Part shown: piece after piece, positions 17,827-28,344 of the stretch | How positions within the stretch are numbered: position 1 is the first letter of the stretch | Layout of the letters: every line of letters begins with the position of its first letter | Origin: an uncultured Spirochaetota bacterium | Lineage (GTDB): Bacteria > Spirochaetota > Spirochaetia > SZUA-6 > Fen-1364 | Assembly (NCBI GenBank): GCA_963781885.1 | Contig: CAWAHW010000006.1 | Location: forward strand, 64,001-128,000 | DNA length: 64,000 nucleotides | Reading direction: 5' to 3' | Made by a program: the position numbers and the translations under genes | Notes under the pieces: model-generated | What the model was told of the DNA's origin: nothing | The model's database searches: none | The model's input: only the letters and a program-made list of their open reading frames with translations

Positions 17827-18555
17827 ATGGGCGTGAGCGATCGCGGAGTTTCGCCGCTCGTGGCGATTGTCGACGACGAGGAGCACCTGAGAGTGACCGT
17901 GTCGCGCGCGCTGCGCGGCGAGGGCTTCCGCACGGCGGTCTTCCCCGACGGGGCGGAGGCGTGGGACTCGTTCTCCGTCTCCCTTCCCGACCTCGTGATC
18001 CTCGACATCATCATGCCGCGCATGGACGGCCTGGAGGTCTGCCGTCGGATACGGGCCGTCTCCGACGCGATCCCCGTCATGTTCCTCACCTCCCGCGACG
18101 AGGAGTTCGACCGGGTGCTCGGCCTGGAGCTGGGCGCCGATGACTACCTCTGCAAGCCCTTCTCCCTCCGCGAGCTCACCGCGCGCGTGAAAGTCCTCTT
18201 CCGCCGGGCCGGGGTGCGCCCCGAGGAGAAAGGTCACGCAGCCTCCACGGCCGACATGGTCAATGTCGGCGACCTGAGCCTCGATGCGCGCCGCTTCTCG
18301 GCCTCATGGAAGGGCGCGCCGATCCGTCTCACGGTGACGGAGTTCCGCATCCTGCACGCCCTGGCGCGCCAGCCCGAGTTCGTGCGCACGCGGGAGCAGC
18401 TTCTTGCCGAGGCTTTTCCGCACGATGCCTACATGAGCGACAGGACCATCGATTGCCACATCCGCCGCATCCGCGCGAAGCTGGAGAGGGTGGACACCGG
18501 CTACGACGGCATCGAAACACTCTATGGCCTGGGCTACCGGCTGCGGGGCTCCTGA
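17827..18555 (+). CDS. OmpR-family response regulator (ChvI-like)
   Basis: receiver (VDDE, LDIIMPRMDG, ADDYLCKPFS) plus wHTH (DRTIDCHIRRIR, ETLYGLGYR). Confidence 0.92.
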   Translation: MGVSDRGVSPLVAIVDDEEHLRVTVSRALRGEGFRTAVFPDGAEAWDSFSVSLPDLVILDIIMPRMDGLEVCRRIRAVSDAIPVMFLTSRDEEFDRVLGLELGADDYLCKPFSLRELTARVKVLFRRAGVRPEEKGHAASTADMVNVGDLSLDARRFSASWKGAPIRLTVTEFRILHALARQPEFVRTREQLLAEAFPHDAYMSDRTIDCHIRRIRAKLERVDTGYDGIETLYGLGYRLRGS

Positions 18556-18568
18556 TGTGACCGGGGGC

Positions 18569-20141
18569 ATGCGTTTCTTCTTCTCCCGGATCACCATCCG
18601 GGTGCTCGCCTTCAATGTGCTCGTGGTCTTTCTCCCCATCGCGGGCATGCTGTCGCTGGGGACCTACGAGAAGCAGCTCCTCATATCGCTCGAGCGTTCC
18701 CTCGTACAGCAGGGGAGGGAGCTTTCAGCGGGCCTGGAGGACTCCGGCGTGCGGCTGGGGTCGAATGCCGAAAGACTCCTGCAGCTTCTCCGTCACCGTC
18801 ACGACGCGCGCATCCGGGTGGTCGACGTTCACGGCGTCCTGCTCGCGGACACGGCGGCCATCGCACCGACTGCCGACGCGACCGCCGCCGACCAGGCCGC
18901 GCGGGATGCGACCCCCGACCAGGCCGTCCCGCGCGCCGCGCAGGAGACCTTCCTCTATCGCCTGGCGTCATTTCCCATCCGGGTCTGGCGCCGCTACCTG
19001 CGGCCGCCCCAGCCGCCGGTTGAATCGGACGAGTACTACTCGGGAGCGCGCGTCCTCAACGGGCCCGAGATCGCCGACGCGCTGGCGGGCAATTACGGCG
19101 CAGAGACGCGCATCACGGCGGGTCAGCAGTCGGTCACGCTCTACAGCGCCATCCCCGTCCTGAATGCCGGCGCGGTGCAGGGGGCCGTGCTCGTGTCCGA
19201 GTCGACGTACAGGATCCTGAGCGATCTCTACGCCCTGCGCCTGGACATCTTCCGCCTCTTTCTCTGGTCCGTGGCAACGGCGGTCGTCCTGAGCCTGCTC
19301 GTCTCGGCCACCATCACCGTCCCCGTCCGCCGGTTGAGCGGCCAGGCCCGTGCCATCCTCGATCCGCGGGGACGCCTGGTGCGGCCGATCATCCCGCTGC
19401 GCGCCCGCGACGAGGTGGGCGATCTTTCCCGCAGCCTCGGGGAGCTCACGGCGCGCCTGGCGCGGCACGTGCACCGCATGGAGGCATTCGCGTCCGACGT
19501 ATCGCACGAGTTCAAGAACCCGCTCGCCTCCATCAGGTCCGCCGTCGAGCTCGCCCTGGCGAGCGGCGACCGCGCCGAGCGCACGTCGCTCCTGTCCATG
19601 GTGCTGGAGGACGTGAGCCGCATGGAGCGCCTCCTCACCGGCGTGCGCGAGATCTCGCGCATCGACAGCGGCGCCGCGGAGGAGGAGACGGCGGCGCCCG
19701 TGGACGTGCGCGAGATCGCCGGCCGGGTGGTCGACTCCGCGCGGCGCCGCTCTGCCGGTCGCGGCGTGCAGTTCCTCGTGGAAGGGGAGCCTGCCCTGGT
19801 CTGGGTGCCGCCGGGACGCATCGAGCAGGTGGTGGAGAACCTGGTGGACAACGCAGGCAGCTTCTCGCCGCCGGGCGGCGCGGTGCGCGTCACGGTGAGG
19901 CATGCGGGCAACGAGGTGGTGCTGCGGGTGTGCGACGAAGGCCCGGGCATCCCGCCCGAGCACCGCGAGAGGATATTCGACCGGTTCTTCAGCTTCCGTC
20001 CGGGGGAAAAGAAGGGCGTGCACGCGGGGCTGGGGCTCTCCATCGTGAAGGCGATTGCCGAGACGCACGGTGGATCCGTCCTTGCCCGGAAACCTCGAGC
20101 CGCGCGGGGCCGCGGTCGAGGTGCACCTGCCGTCCGCCTGA
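18569..20141 (+). CDS. Sensor histidine kinase (ChvG-like); +1 frameshift at ~20090 near C-terminus
   Basis: 2 TM, HAMP, SHEFKNPLASI, NLVDNA, DEGPGIP, GLGLSI; repaired frame ends ...NLEPRGAAVEVHLPSA*. Confidence 0.88.
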
Positions 20142-20224
20142 GCGGCCCCGCGCTGCGCGGGAAGGACCGCGGGTCTTGTTTTTCATCACAATTGTGATAA
20201 AATAGGGCTCCGGAGGAGGGGGCT

Positions 20225-20665
20225 GTGATCTATACGGAAGAGCCGCTCACGCGCCTGGTGGGTCTTGCGGCCGGCATCGACGTGAAGACCCGCAGGATCG
20301 CGGAGAGGGCGCTCCTGGGCGTGGGTCTTACCTACGCGCAGTTCGGCGTGCTCACCGCGCTTGCGGAGCGCGCCGCGCCCACGCAGCGGGAGCTTGCCGA
20401 TATCCTGGAGACCGACACGAACACGGTCATGGTCGTCTGCGATTCGCTGGAGCGCAAAGGCCTGGCGGCGCGCTCCGCGGATGCGCGCGACCGCCGGGTG
20501 AAGCGTCTTTCCATGAGCCGCGCGGGACGCGCGGCGCTTGCGAAGGGCCGCCGGATCGTCGAAGACCTCTATCGACCGATGGCGGACGCCATTCCCCTGA
20601 AGGAAATACGGAAGGCGCTTCCCGCGCTCGCGCGGGTGTACGCATATCTGAAGGAAAAGGAATAG
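20225..20665 (+). CDS. MarR-family transcriptional regulator
   Basis: GLTYAQFGVL, TQRELA, LERKGL, DRRVK. Confidence 0.9.
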   Translation: MIYTEEPLTRLVGLAAGIDVKTRRIAERALLGVGLTYAQFGVLTALAERAAPTQRELADILETDTNTVMVVCDSLERKGLAARSADARDRRVKRLSMSRAGRAALAKGRRIVEDLYRPMADAIPLKEIRKALPALARVYAYLKEKE

Positions 20666-20669
20666 AGAC

Positions 20670-21323
20670 ATGCCGCCTTGGGCCATTGCGCTGATCGTCC
20701 TTGCCTGTGTCGTGGGCATCCCGCTTGCGGGGTCGCTCGCGTACCTTCTCGTATTCCTTCCCCTGACGCTCAGGTCCATGCGGATGTTGCCGGCCGGGAA
20801 GAGAAAGACCGTGGAGGGCATCACCACGATCGAGGATGCCGCCGCGCACTGCCGAGCTTCCGGGCTTTCCGGGTGGGAGCTCGTCGCGCATGCGCAGGAG
20901 CTTGCCGCAAAGCGTTTCGAGTACTCGCGGCGCAATCCGTGGGACGGCTGGGAGGGGGCATTCGCCCGCGGCATGGGATACTGCATCCAGCAGGCCATGG
21001 CGCTGAAGCGTCTCTATGACAGGCTCGGGGTCACGTCCTGGCCGGTGCAGTCTTTTCGCGTGAGCTTTCCCGCGCATGTCGTGCATGGCGTCTCCGAGCC
21101 CGCCGGCACCTCGGGCCACATGTGGCTGCGGGTATCGGTCAATGGAGAGGTACGGGACGTGTGCCCGGGACGCGTCGGGAACCTTCCCGGCACGGTCCAT
21201 TTCACTGCCCGTGCGCCGGTGCGCCGCGTCGCGGCGTGGACCGTTCCTCTCCTGCATGTGCTCAGTGCCGCGGAGAATGTGCGCCGGGACAGGAAGAGCC
21301 TCAAGGGAGGTGTGCGGCAATGA
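20670..21323 (+). CDS. Membrane-anchored transglutaminase-like (Cys-His-Asp) protein
   Basis: N-terminal TM; GMGYCIQQA, GHMW, RDVCP pattern. Confidence 0.6.
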   Translation: MPPWAIALIVLACVVGIPLAGSLAYLLVFLPLTLRSMRMLPAGKRKTVEGITTIEDAAAHCRASGLSGWELVAHAQELAAKRFEYSRRNPWDGWEGAFARGMGYCIQQAMALKRLYDRLGVTSWPVQSFRVSFPAHVVHGVSEPAGTSGHMWLRVSVNGEVRDVCPGRVGNLPGTVHFTARAPVRRVAAWTVPLLHVLSAAENVRRDRKSLKGGVRQ

Positions 21324-21481
21324 AAGAGCGGATCCCGGTCCGGTCGACGACAGCTGACGCCGTGGCGGCGATCCGGGAGGACTGTCCCTGCCCGAAGAAG
21401 GGCTGCGAGCTGCACGGGCACTGTGTGGAATGCCGCGCAAAACACGGCGCCAAGGGGAAGCTTCCCCGGTGCGAGCGCTGA
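21320..21481 (+). CDS. Small Cys/His-rich protein (53 aa)
   Basis: ATGA overlap, GGAGG RBS; CPCPKKGCELHGHCVECRAKH...PRC. Confidence 0.75.
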   Translation: MKERIPVRSTTADAVAAIREDCPCPKKGCELHGHCVECRAKHGAKGKLPRCER

Positions 21482-21523
21482 GGCAGCCCGACGGCTCTGA
21501 CGCCGCGCACGCGGCCCCGCATC

Positions 21524-22546
21524 CTACAGAGTCCGCCCCTTTTCCAGCCCCGCCTCGGCCGGCATCGACCAGCTCCATGTCAGAAGACCGATGGCGACAC
21601 CCGCGGACACCGCCCCTGCGGCGAGGAAGCCGCCGCCGACCCGTGACACGGCGCGGCGCGCGAGGTCGACGAGCGCGGCGACGAATGATGCGGTGAACCC
21701 GCTCTGGTCGAGATGCGCCGATTCGATTCCCCATTGCACCCACGGGAAGACGATGGGCAGGAGCGCGAGCAGGCCGATGAGAAAGACCCCCGCCGCGGGT
21801 ACGAGGAGGGACCATCCCATCCACTGCAGCCTTTGGAAACGGTTCGCTCCGCCGATGAAGCCGGCCGCGACCCAGAGACCGGCCGCCAGCAGCAAGAGGA
21901 TGACGTCGGCGAAGATCATGACCCCCCGCACGGAGACGCGCAGGCCGCCGCCCATGAGCACGGAGGCTTCACGGAAGGACCAGCTGTCGCTCAGCCGGAC
22001 CCGGTCGGGAATTGTGCGCACGAAACCGGGAAGGCCCTGCTCGATGATCGCCGCGGCGCGCTCGACGGATATCGACGACGGCCGCACCTCGGGAAATCTG
22101 CCCGGGCTCATCGCGAAAGAGGAGCCGCCCACGGGCAGGTCCTGGGCAAGGGCGAGTGCGAAGCGCTTCCCGGGTTCGCCCCGCAGAGCGGCCTTCAACG
22201 GGCCGAGGTCGACGCTCACGTCATACGCCGCCGCGCACGCCTCCAGGACGTCGAACACCTGGTTGAGAATGCTCACCGCCTGGCCGTGCATGTAGGCGGG
22301 CGTCACGACCTCCCGCAGGGCACGCGCGCCGTGGGCGAGGGATTGCAGGCCCGGCATCTCGTCGGCGATCCACGTCGTCGTGGCGTCCGGCGGGGTCGGC
22401 ACCTCGTAGAGCCGCGCGTCGTCGATGAGCCGCGTATAGAAGCCCCTGTCGAGAGCCCACGTGGAGACGGAAACGGCGAGGAGCGCCGCAAAGAAAAGCG
22501 GGCAGACGAGGAAGATCACCATCAGGATTGCCGGCACGCGCCTCAT
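21524..22546 (-). CDS. Hypothetical membrane protein
   Basis: AAGGAG RBS; N-terminal TM, soluble domain, three C-terminal TM. Confidence 0.7.
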   Translation of the reverse strand: MRRVPAILMVIFLVCPLFFAALLAVSVSTWALDRGFYTRLIDDARLYEVPTPPDATTTWIADEMPGLQSLAHGARALREVVTPAYMHGQAVSILNQVFDVLEACAAAYDVSVDLGPLKAALRGEPGKRFALALAQDLPVGGSSFAMSPGRFPEVRPSSISVERAAAIIEQGLPGFVRTIPDRVRLSDSWSFREASVLMGGGLRVSVRGVMIFADVILLLLAAGLWVAAGFIGGANRFQRLQWMGWSLLVPAAGVFLIGLLALLPIVFPWVQWGIESAHLDQSGFTASFVAALVDLARRAVSRVGGGFLAAGAVSAGVAIGLLTWSWSMPAEAGLEKGRTL

Positions 22547-22667
22547 GATGCGACTCCTTGCGGGAGGATAGCGCCAAAAAGGGTGTCGAGTCTGCCGGGC
22601 GTCTGGCGCGGCTCCCGCTCTCCTCTTGGAACACCGCCGCCCGGCCATTCATCCACCGATATTTTCA

Positions 22668-22696
22668 TTGACAACGCCGGAAGCTCGCTTCATAAT
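22668..22696 (+). promoter_or_regulatory. sigma70 promoter
   Basis: TTGACA-N17-CATAAT upstream of MFS gene. Confidence 0.75.
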
Positions 22697-22733
22697 TCCG
22701 CACGCCACCCTGACTTCAATAACGGAGGATGCA

Positions 22734-24095
22734 ATGGTCGCCAAGAAACTGAGTCTGGGAACAAAGCTGGGTTTCGGCATCTGCGATCTCGGCGGCAACC
22801 TGTTCTTCACGATCATGGGCTTCTACCTTCTCTTCTATCTCACGGACACCTCGAAGCTGCTCGCGGGACTGGCGGGGACGGCGCTCCTCATCGGCAAGCT
22901 CGCCGACGCATTCGTGGACCCCACCGTCGGTTTCCTTTCGGACCGCACGCGAAGCCGCTGGGGCAGGAGGCGGCCCTTCATCTTTGCCGGCTCCATCCTC
23001 CTGTTCTTCCTCATGATCGTCATGTACACCAATCCGCACATCCAGAGCCAGCTCTGGCTCTTCATCTGGACGGCGGTGGCCTACATCCTGCTCATGGCCT
23101 CCTACTCCATGATCAACATCCCGTATGGCGCCCTGACGCCCGAGCTGAGCCCGGATTTCGACGAGCGTACGACGCTGAACGCGTACCGTATGACCTTTGC
23201 CGTGGTCGGCACGTTCGTCGGCGCTGCTCTCGTGCTGCCCATCGTGGGGGCATTCACGAACAAGGATTTCGGATGGATCGCCATGGGGGCGATCATGGGT
23301 GCGGTGATCACCATCACGGCGCTCACGACGGTGTTCACGATCCGTGAGCCGCCCGCGAAGCCCGAGGACAAGAAGAAACCGAAGGAAGGCATCTTCGCAA
23401 CGTACGCGAGCGCTCTGAAGCTGAAGCCGTTCCTCCTGGCAATGTTCACATATGGGTCCCACATGATCGGGATCACAATCGTCCAGGGAGCGCTGCTCTA
23501 CTATTTCAAATACATCTACAACGCCGAGGGCAAGTTCCAGATCGCGCTGGCGATCTTCCTCGTCTGCGTCATCATCTCGATCCCCATCTGGACGATGATC
23601 TCGAAGAAGATCGGCAAGAGGCTTTCCTACAATCTCGGCATGGGTCTCTTTGCCGCGGTCGTCATCGCCTTCTTCTTCGTCGGCAAGGGGCGCGGCGTGG
23701 GCGTCATGTACGTCACGATGGCCGTGGCGGGTCTTGGCAACTCCACCAACTACATCATGCCCTTCGCGATACTCCCCGACGTGACGGAGCTCGACTATTC
23801 TCAAACGGGTGTTCGGCGGGAGGGGGTGTTCTACGGCCTGTGGAATTTCACCCTGAAGGTCGGGCAGGCATTCGCCACCGCCCTGATCGGCTGGATTCTC
23901 ACGGCTTTCGGCTATGTCCCCGACGTGGCGCAGACGGCGAGCTCCAAGCTGGGCATCCGGCTGCTCGTGGGCCCCGTGGCCGCGGTCTTCTTTGTTGCGG
24001 GTGTCGTCATCCTTTCCTTCTACCCCATCACCCGCAAATACTACGAGACGCAGATCATGCCGAAGGTCGCCGCGTGGGATAAGAAGAAGGCATAA
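22734..24095 (+). CDS. GPH-family (MelB/UidB-like) glycoside:cation symporter
   Basis: DAFVDPTVGFLSDRTRSRWGRRRPF, NIPYGAL, TGVRREGVFYG. Confidence 0.92.
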   Translation: MVAKKLSLGTKLGFGICDLGGNLFFTIMGFYLLFYLTDTSKLLAGLAGTALLIGKLADAFVDPTVGFLSDRTRSRWGRRRPFIFAGSILLFFLMIVMYTNPHIQSQLWLFIWTAVAYILLMASYSMINIPYGALTPELSPDFDERTTLNAYRMTFAVVGTFVGAALVLPIVGAFTNKDFGWIAMGAIMGAVITITALTTVFTIREPPAKPEDKKKPKEGIFATYASALKLKPFLLAMFTYGSHMIGITIVQGALLYYFKYIYNAEGKFQIALAIFLVCVIISIPIWTMISKKIGKRLSYNLGMGLFAAVVIAFFFVGKGRGVGVMYVTMAVAGLGNSTNYIMPFAILPDVTELDYSQTGVRREGVFYGLWNFTLKVGQAFATALIGWILTAFGYVPDVAQTASSKLGIRLLVGPVAAVFFVAGVVILSFYPITRKYYETQIMPKVAAWDKKKA

Positions 24096-24149
24096 GGGAT
24101 ACTTCAGTTCTGGACATTGAGCGGCGGCATGGGCATACTGCCGTCCTAT

Positions 24150-25251
24150 ATGGCAGGAAAAATCCGGGTGGGAATCGTGTTTGGCGGCAGGTCCGCCGAG
24201 CACGAGGTGTCGCTGCAGTCCGCGAAGAACGTCCTGGAAGCGCTCGATCGCGGCAGGTTCGAGCCGGTGCTGATCGGCATCGACCGGGAAGGGCGATGGC
24301 GCCTGGACGAGCAGACGAAACAGCTCTTCGATGCGGCCCGGCCCCTGCCGAATCTCGCCGCCGATTCTCCGCGCGAGGTTGCGCTGGCGGCCCGCGGCGA
24401 GCAGAGCAGGCTGCTGGACCTCTCCGGCAACCGCGAGCTGGGAAAGATCGACGTTCTCTTCCCCGTCCTCCACGGACCTTTCGGCGAGGACGGCTCCGTG
24501 CAGGGGCTGGCGAAGCTTGCGAACCTCCCCTGCGTGGGCGCCGGCATCCTCGGCTCGGCCGTGGGGATGGACAAGGACGTCATGAAGCGGCTCCTGCGCG
24601 ACGCGGGCATCCCCGTGGCGCGCTTCATCGTGCTGCAGCGGGGCAAAGACGTGCCGGCATTCGGGACGATTGCGGCGGACCTCGGCAGCATGGTCTTCGT
24701 GAAGCCCGCGAATCTGGGCTCCTCGGTCGGCATCGAGCCGGGCGGGCAATGCGGCGGAGTTCGCGGCAGCGGTGAGCGCCGCCTTCCGCTACGACACGAA
24801 GCTCGTCGTGGAGGAATCCATCACGGGTCGCGAAATCGAATGCTCCGTGTTGGGCAATGACGACCCCCAGGCCTCCGTGCCGGGAGAGATCGTCACCGGC
24901 AGCGGCCACGATTTCTACGACTACGAGGCGAAATACCTCGACGAGCACGGCGCCAAGCTCCACATCCCTGCCGCGCTGGACAAGAGCGCGACGGAAAAAG
25001 TGCGCGCCCTCGCCGTGAAGGCATTCACGGTGCTCTGCTGCAATGGCATGGCGCGCGTCGACATGTTCCTCCGCGCCGACGGCGAGGTCCTGATCAACGA
25101 GATCAACACGATCCCCGGCTTCACCCGCATCAGCATGTATCCCAAGCTCTGGGAGGCGAGCGGCATCCCCTACGGGGAGCTCGTCACGCGCCTCATTGAG
25201 CTGGCGATGGAGCGCCACGCGGTGGAGCAGTCCCTTTCCACCACACCCTGA
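24150..25251 (+). CDS. ddl: D-alanine--D-alanine ligase; +1 frameshift at ~24735
   Basis: [52 protein letters not shown]. Confidence 0.92.
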
Positions 25252-25268
25252 GCCGCGAGGAGCGTGAG

Positions 25269-26783
25269 ATGCGCACGGAAGGAAAAGTCATCGCGGTCGA
25301 CCTCGGGGCATCCGGGGGCAAGTGCTTTTCGGGCGTCTTCGACCAGAACGGCTTCACGCTCCGCGAGACCCACCGGTTCAGCCACGAGGCCGTCGTCCTC
25401 GACGTCGCCGACGGGACGGGCAGGGTGGAGGAACGGACGTACTGGGACGACCTCCTGATCTATCGAAACATAATGGAAGGGCTCCGCGCGTATCGACGCG
25501 AGATCGGCGCGGCCGTGGATTCCATCGGCGTCGATGCCTGGGGCGCGGACGGCGTCATCGTGAACGAGGACGGCGTCCTCCAGGGCCCGATGTACTGCTA
25601 CCGCGATCATCGCCTGGACGGCATGATCGACGAGGTGAAGGCGCGCATGGATCCCGCACGGCTCTACGAAATCACGGGCATCCACTTCCAGCCTTTCAAT
25701 GTTTCCAACCAGCTCCTCTGGCTTGCCCAGCATCGACCCGGCCTCCTGCGGCCCGGCATGCATTTCCTGCCTTCCTCTTCTCTCTTTTCCTGGTACCTGT
25801 GCGGCGCGACGGACGTGGATTCCTCCTGGGCGAGCGTCACCCAGCTCATGGACGCACGCACGCGCCGGTGGAGCCGGGAGATCCTTCGCGCGCTGGGCAT
25901 CCCCGCCCGCCTCATGCCCCGCATCGTCGCCCCCGGCACGGTGATAGGCGAGCTGCATGCCCGGATCGCGGAATCGGTGGGTATCTCGCCCGCGAAGATC
26001 GTCGCCGTCGGCTCTCACGACACGGCGAGCGCCTTTGCGGCCGCTCCGGTCGCCCGACCCGCGGCGGCCCTCATCATCAGCTCGGGAACGTGGTCGCTCA
26101 TCGGCAAGCTCGTACGCCAGCCGCTCACCGGCCCGGAAGCCCTGCGGGCGAACATGTCCAACGAGGGCGGCATCGGGAACGTGCGTTTCCTGAAGAACTG
26201 CATGGGGACGTGGCTCGTGCAGGAGCTGCGCCGGGCATGGCGCGCGCGGGACGGGCGGGAAATGGAGTGGGAGGAGATGAACCGCCTCACCGAGCAGGGC
26301 AAGGCCTTTGCCGCGTTCATCGATCCCGACGACGGGAGCTTCTTCAACCCGCAGAACATGGAGTCGGCGATCATCGATTTCTGCCGCCGCACCGGGCAGG
26401 AGCCGCCTTTGGAGCGCGGCACAATGCTGCGCGCCGTCTACGAAAGCCTCGCGCTGAAATACCGCGTCGTCGCGGAGCAGATCGCCGCGGTGAGCGGCAT
26501 GCCGAACAGCGTCGTGCACGTCGTGGGCGGCGGCTCGCGGAATGTCTTCCTCAACCAGCTCACGGCCAATGCCTGCGGCATGAAAGTGATCGCGGGGCCG
26601 GAGGAGGCCACGGCTGTCGGCAACGCGATGGCGCAGGCCATGGCCCTGGGCATCATCAGGAGGATGCCCGACGCAAAAGCGATGATTCGGGCGGCATTTC
26701 CCATCCGGGAGTTCCTTCCGCGCGAGCCGGAAGCGTGGGCCCGCGCCCTTGAGCGGTACCGCGCAATCGTGAAGTCTTCATGA
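25269..26783 (+). CDS. rhaB: Rhamnulokinase (FGGY family)
   Basis: AVDLGASGG, SIGVDAWG, YRDHR, GSHDTASA, SSGTWSLIG, SNEGG, EATAVGN. Confidence 0.85.
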   Translation: MRTEGKVIAVDLGASGGKCFSGVFDQNGFTLRETHRFSHEAVVLDVADGTGRVEERTYWDDLLIYRNIMEGLRAYRREIGAAVDSIGVDAWGADGVIVNEDGVLQGPMYCYRDHRLDGMIDEVKARMDPARLYEITGIHFQPFNVSNQLLWLAQHRPGLLRPGMHFLPSSSLFSWYLCGATDVDSSWASVTQLMDARTRRWSREILRALGIPARLMPRIVAPGTVIGELHARIAESVGISPAKIVAVGSHDTASAFAAAPVARPAAALIISSGTWSLIGKLVRQPLTGPEALRANMSNEGGIGNVRFLKNCMGTWLVQELRRAWRARDGREMEWEEMNRLTEQGKAFAAFIDPDDGSFFNPQNMESAIIDFCRRTGQEPPLERGTMLRAVYESLALKYRVVAEQIAAVSGMPNSVVHVVGGGSRNVFLNQLTANACGMKVIAGPEEATAVGNAMAQAMALGIIRRMPDAKAMIRAAFPIREFLPREPEAWARALERYRAIVKSS

Positions 26784-26791
26784 CATCCGAC

Positions 26792-26818
26792 AAAAGAAGG
26801 GCCCCGGAGGGGCCCTTC
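26792..26818 (-). terminator. Intrinsic terminator between convergent rhaB and hsp20
   Basis: aaaa-gaagggcccc-gga-ggggcccttc hairpin. Confidence 0.8.
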
Positions 26819-26839
26819 ACTCAAGGAGGGGGATGACTT

Positions 26840-27265
26840 TCAGCTTGCCTTGACTTCGATTGTCTTCGGCTTGGCGGCCGGGACCTTCGGGAAGCCCAGG
26901 TGCAAGATGCCGTTTTTGAATTCCGCCGTGATCTTCTCACGATCGACGCCCTCCGGCAGGACGAAGCTGCGGCTGAACCGCGTGCTCCGGCGCTCCCGCA
27001 TGACGTAGCCGTTCTTCTTCTCTTCCTGCTTTTCCTCGGTCTTGGAGGAGATGGTGAGCAGGTTGTTGTCCAGCTTCACCTCCACGTCTTTCTCAGAGAG
27101 CCCGGGAAGCTCGACTTCCATGAGGTAGTCGGCGTCGGTCTCCCGCACGTCGACCGCGGGGAGAACGGAGCGTCCGAGAGTCGGCTCGACGAAGAAGTCA
27201 TCGAACCAGCGGGACACGTTGTCAAGAACGTCCAGGGAATTGGGATTGTAGCGAATCAGGTTCAT
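26840..27265 (-). CDS. Hsp20 small heat-shock protein
   Basis: PAVDVRET, ELPGL, FSRSFVLP, AEFKNGILHL; GGAGG RBS. Confidence 0.95.
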   Translation of the reverse strand: MNLIRYNPNSLDVLDNVSRWFDDFFVEPTLGRSVLPAVDVRETDADYLMEVELPGLSEKDVEVKLDNNLLTISSKTEEKQEEKKNGYVMRERRSTRFSRSFVLPEGVDREKITAEFKNGILHLGFPKVPAAKPKTIEVKAS

Positions 27266-27306
27266 ATCGTACCTCCTATTGGTTTTCTGTTTCATACCCA
27301 TATCTT

Positions 27307-27323
27307 AGCATGAAGCGTGCCAA
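27307..27323 (-). promoter_or_regulatory. sigma54 (-24/-12) promoter of hsp20
   Basis: minus strand TTGGCACGCTTCATGCT. Confidence 0.8.
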
Positions 27324-27411
27324 GAGTATGAATTTTTATCTAAAGTATTGCTTAGTAACGAATTAACTAGCAATTTCGCTTTTTATGGATTACTGTCTCA
27401 ACGATGAGTAA

Positions 27412-27468
27412 TGTGTCATTATGAAACACTATGCATAATAATGACACAAAATGTTTCGCAATGATCCA
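27412..27468. promoter_or_regulatory. Three imperfect palindromes at 20-bp spacing (candidate enhancer-binding-protein sites)
   Basis: tgtgtcattatgaaaca, tgcataataatgacaca, tgtttcgcaatgatcca at 27412, 27432, 27452. Confidence 0.6.
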
Positions 27469-27496
27469 CTTTAAAAAGCCATGCTATCCTGCTACG

Positions 27497-28344
27497 ATGC
27501 TGGTCGTGAGCCTCCCTTCATTCGACGGTTTTGTGCCGGCAAACGACGAGCCCCGCGCCGCGGCTGCGGAGTCCCTCTGGTTCATCATCAGGGGAAGCGA
27601 CCTGCTCATTGCCCGAGACGGCGACGGCTTCGCGATACCCCGGGCGGCGAATCTCCGCTCTCTCGGTTTGGACGGGGTCCGCGCGCATTTCCTCGGCTCG
27701 CTCGGCGGTATCTCCTGCAAGACGTTGGGTGTGCCGATGGACACCGCCGAGCCCGCAGGATGGCATTTCGAGGGCGTGCGGTCGCTTTTTGCCGCGATCT
27801 CCGACAGCTTTTTCAGCGTCGCCGCACGCGCCCTCCAGATCGCGGAGTGGGACCTCACCCACCGGTTCTGCGGCTCGTGCGGAAAACCAACGATTCTGAA
27901 GGAAGGGGAGCGCGCCTTTGCCTGCACGGCCTGCGGGAGTCTCAGCTACCCGCGCATCTCTCCCGCGGTGATCGTGGCGGTGGTGCGCGGCGGGCGCATC
28001 CTCCTTGCCCGCGCACGGCGATTTCCCCCCGGGCTGCACAGCGTGCTCGCCGGATTCGTGGAACCGGGCGAGACGCTCGAGCAGTGCGTCATGCGCGAGG
28101 TGCAGGAGGAGACCGGCATCGAGCTTCGCAACATCCGCTACTTCGCAAGCCAGCCGTGGCCATTTCCTCATTCCCTGATGATCGCCTTCACCGCGGAGTA
28201 CGCCGGGGGGAGATCCGCGTCGATCAAACGGAGCTCGTCGAGGCGGACTGGTACGCCGCGGATGCCCTGCCGCACATTCCGGACTCCATCACGGTGGCGC
28301 GCAGGCTGATCGACTGGTTCGCACGGACCGGAGGCAGGACATGA
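27497..28344 (+). CDS. nudC: NAD(H) pyrophosphatase; frameshift in G-run ~28205-28210
   Basis: zinc ribbon FCGSCG...CTACG, YPRISPAVIV, Nudix box, SQPWPFPHSLM. Confidence 0.92.

Noticed and set aside
24150-25251. ddl, nudC and phoR as pseudogenes or programmed frameshifts
   Set aside because: No canonical slippery heptamers and no other decay; the pattern fits sequencing indels.
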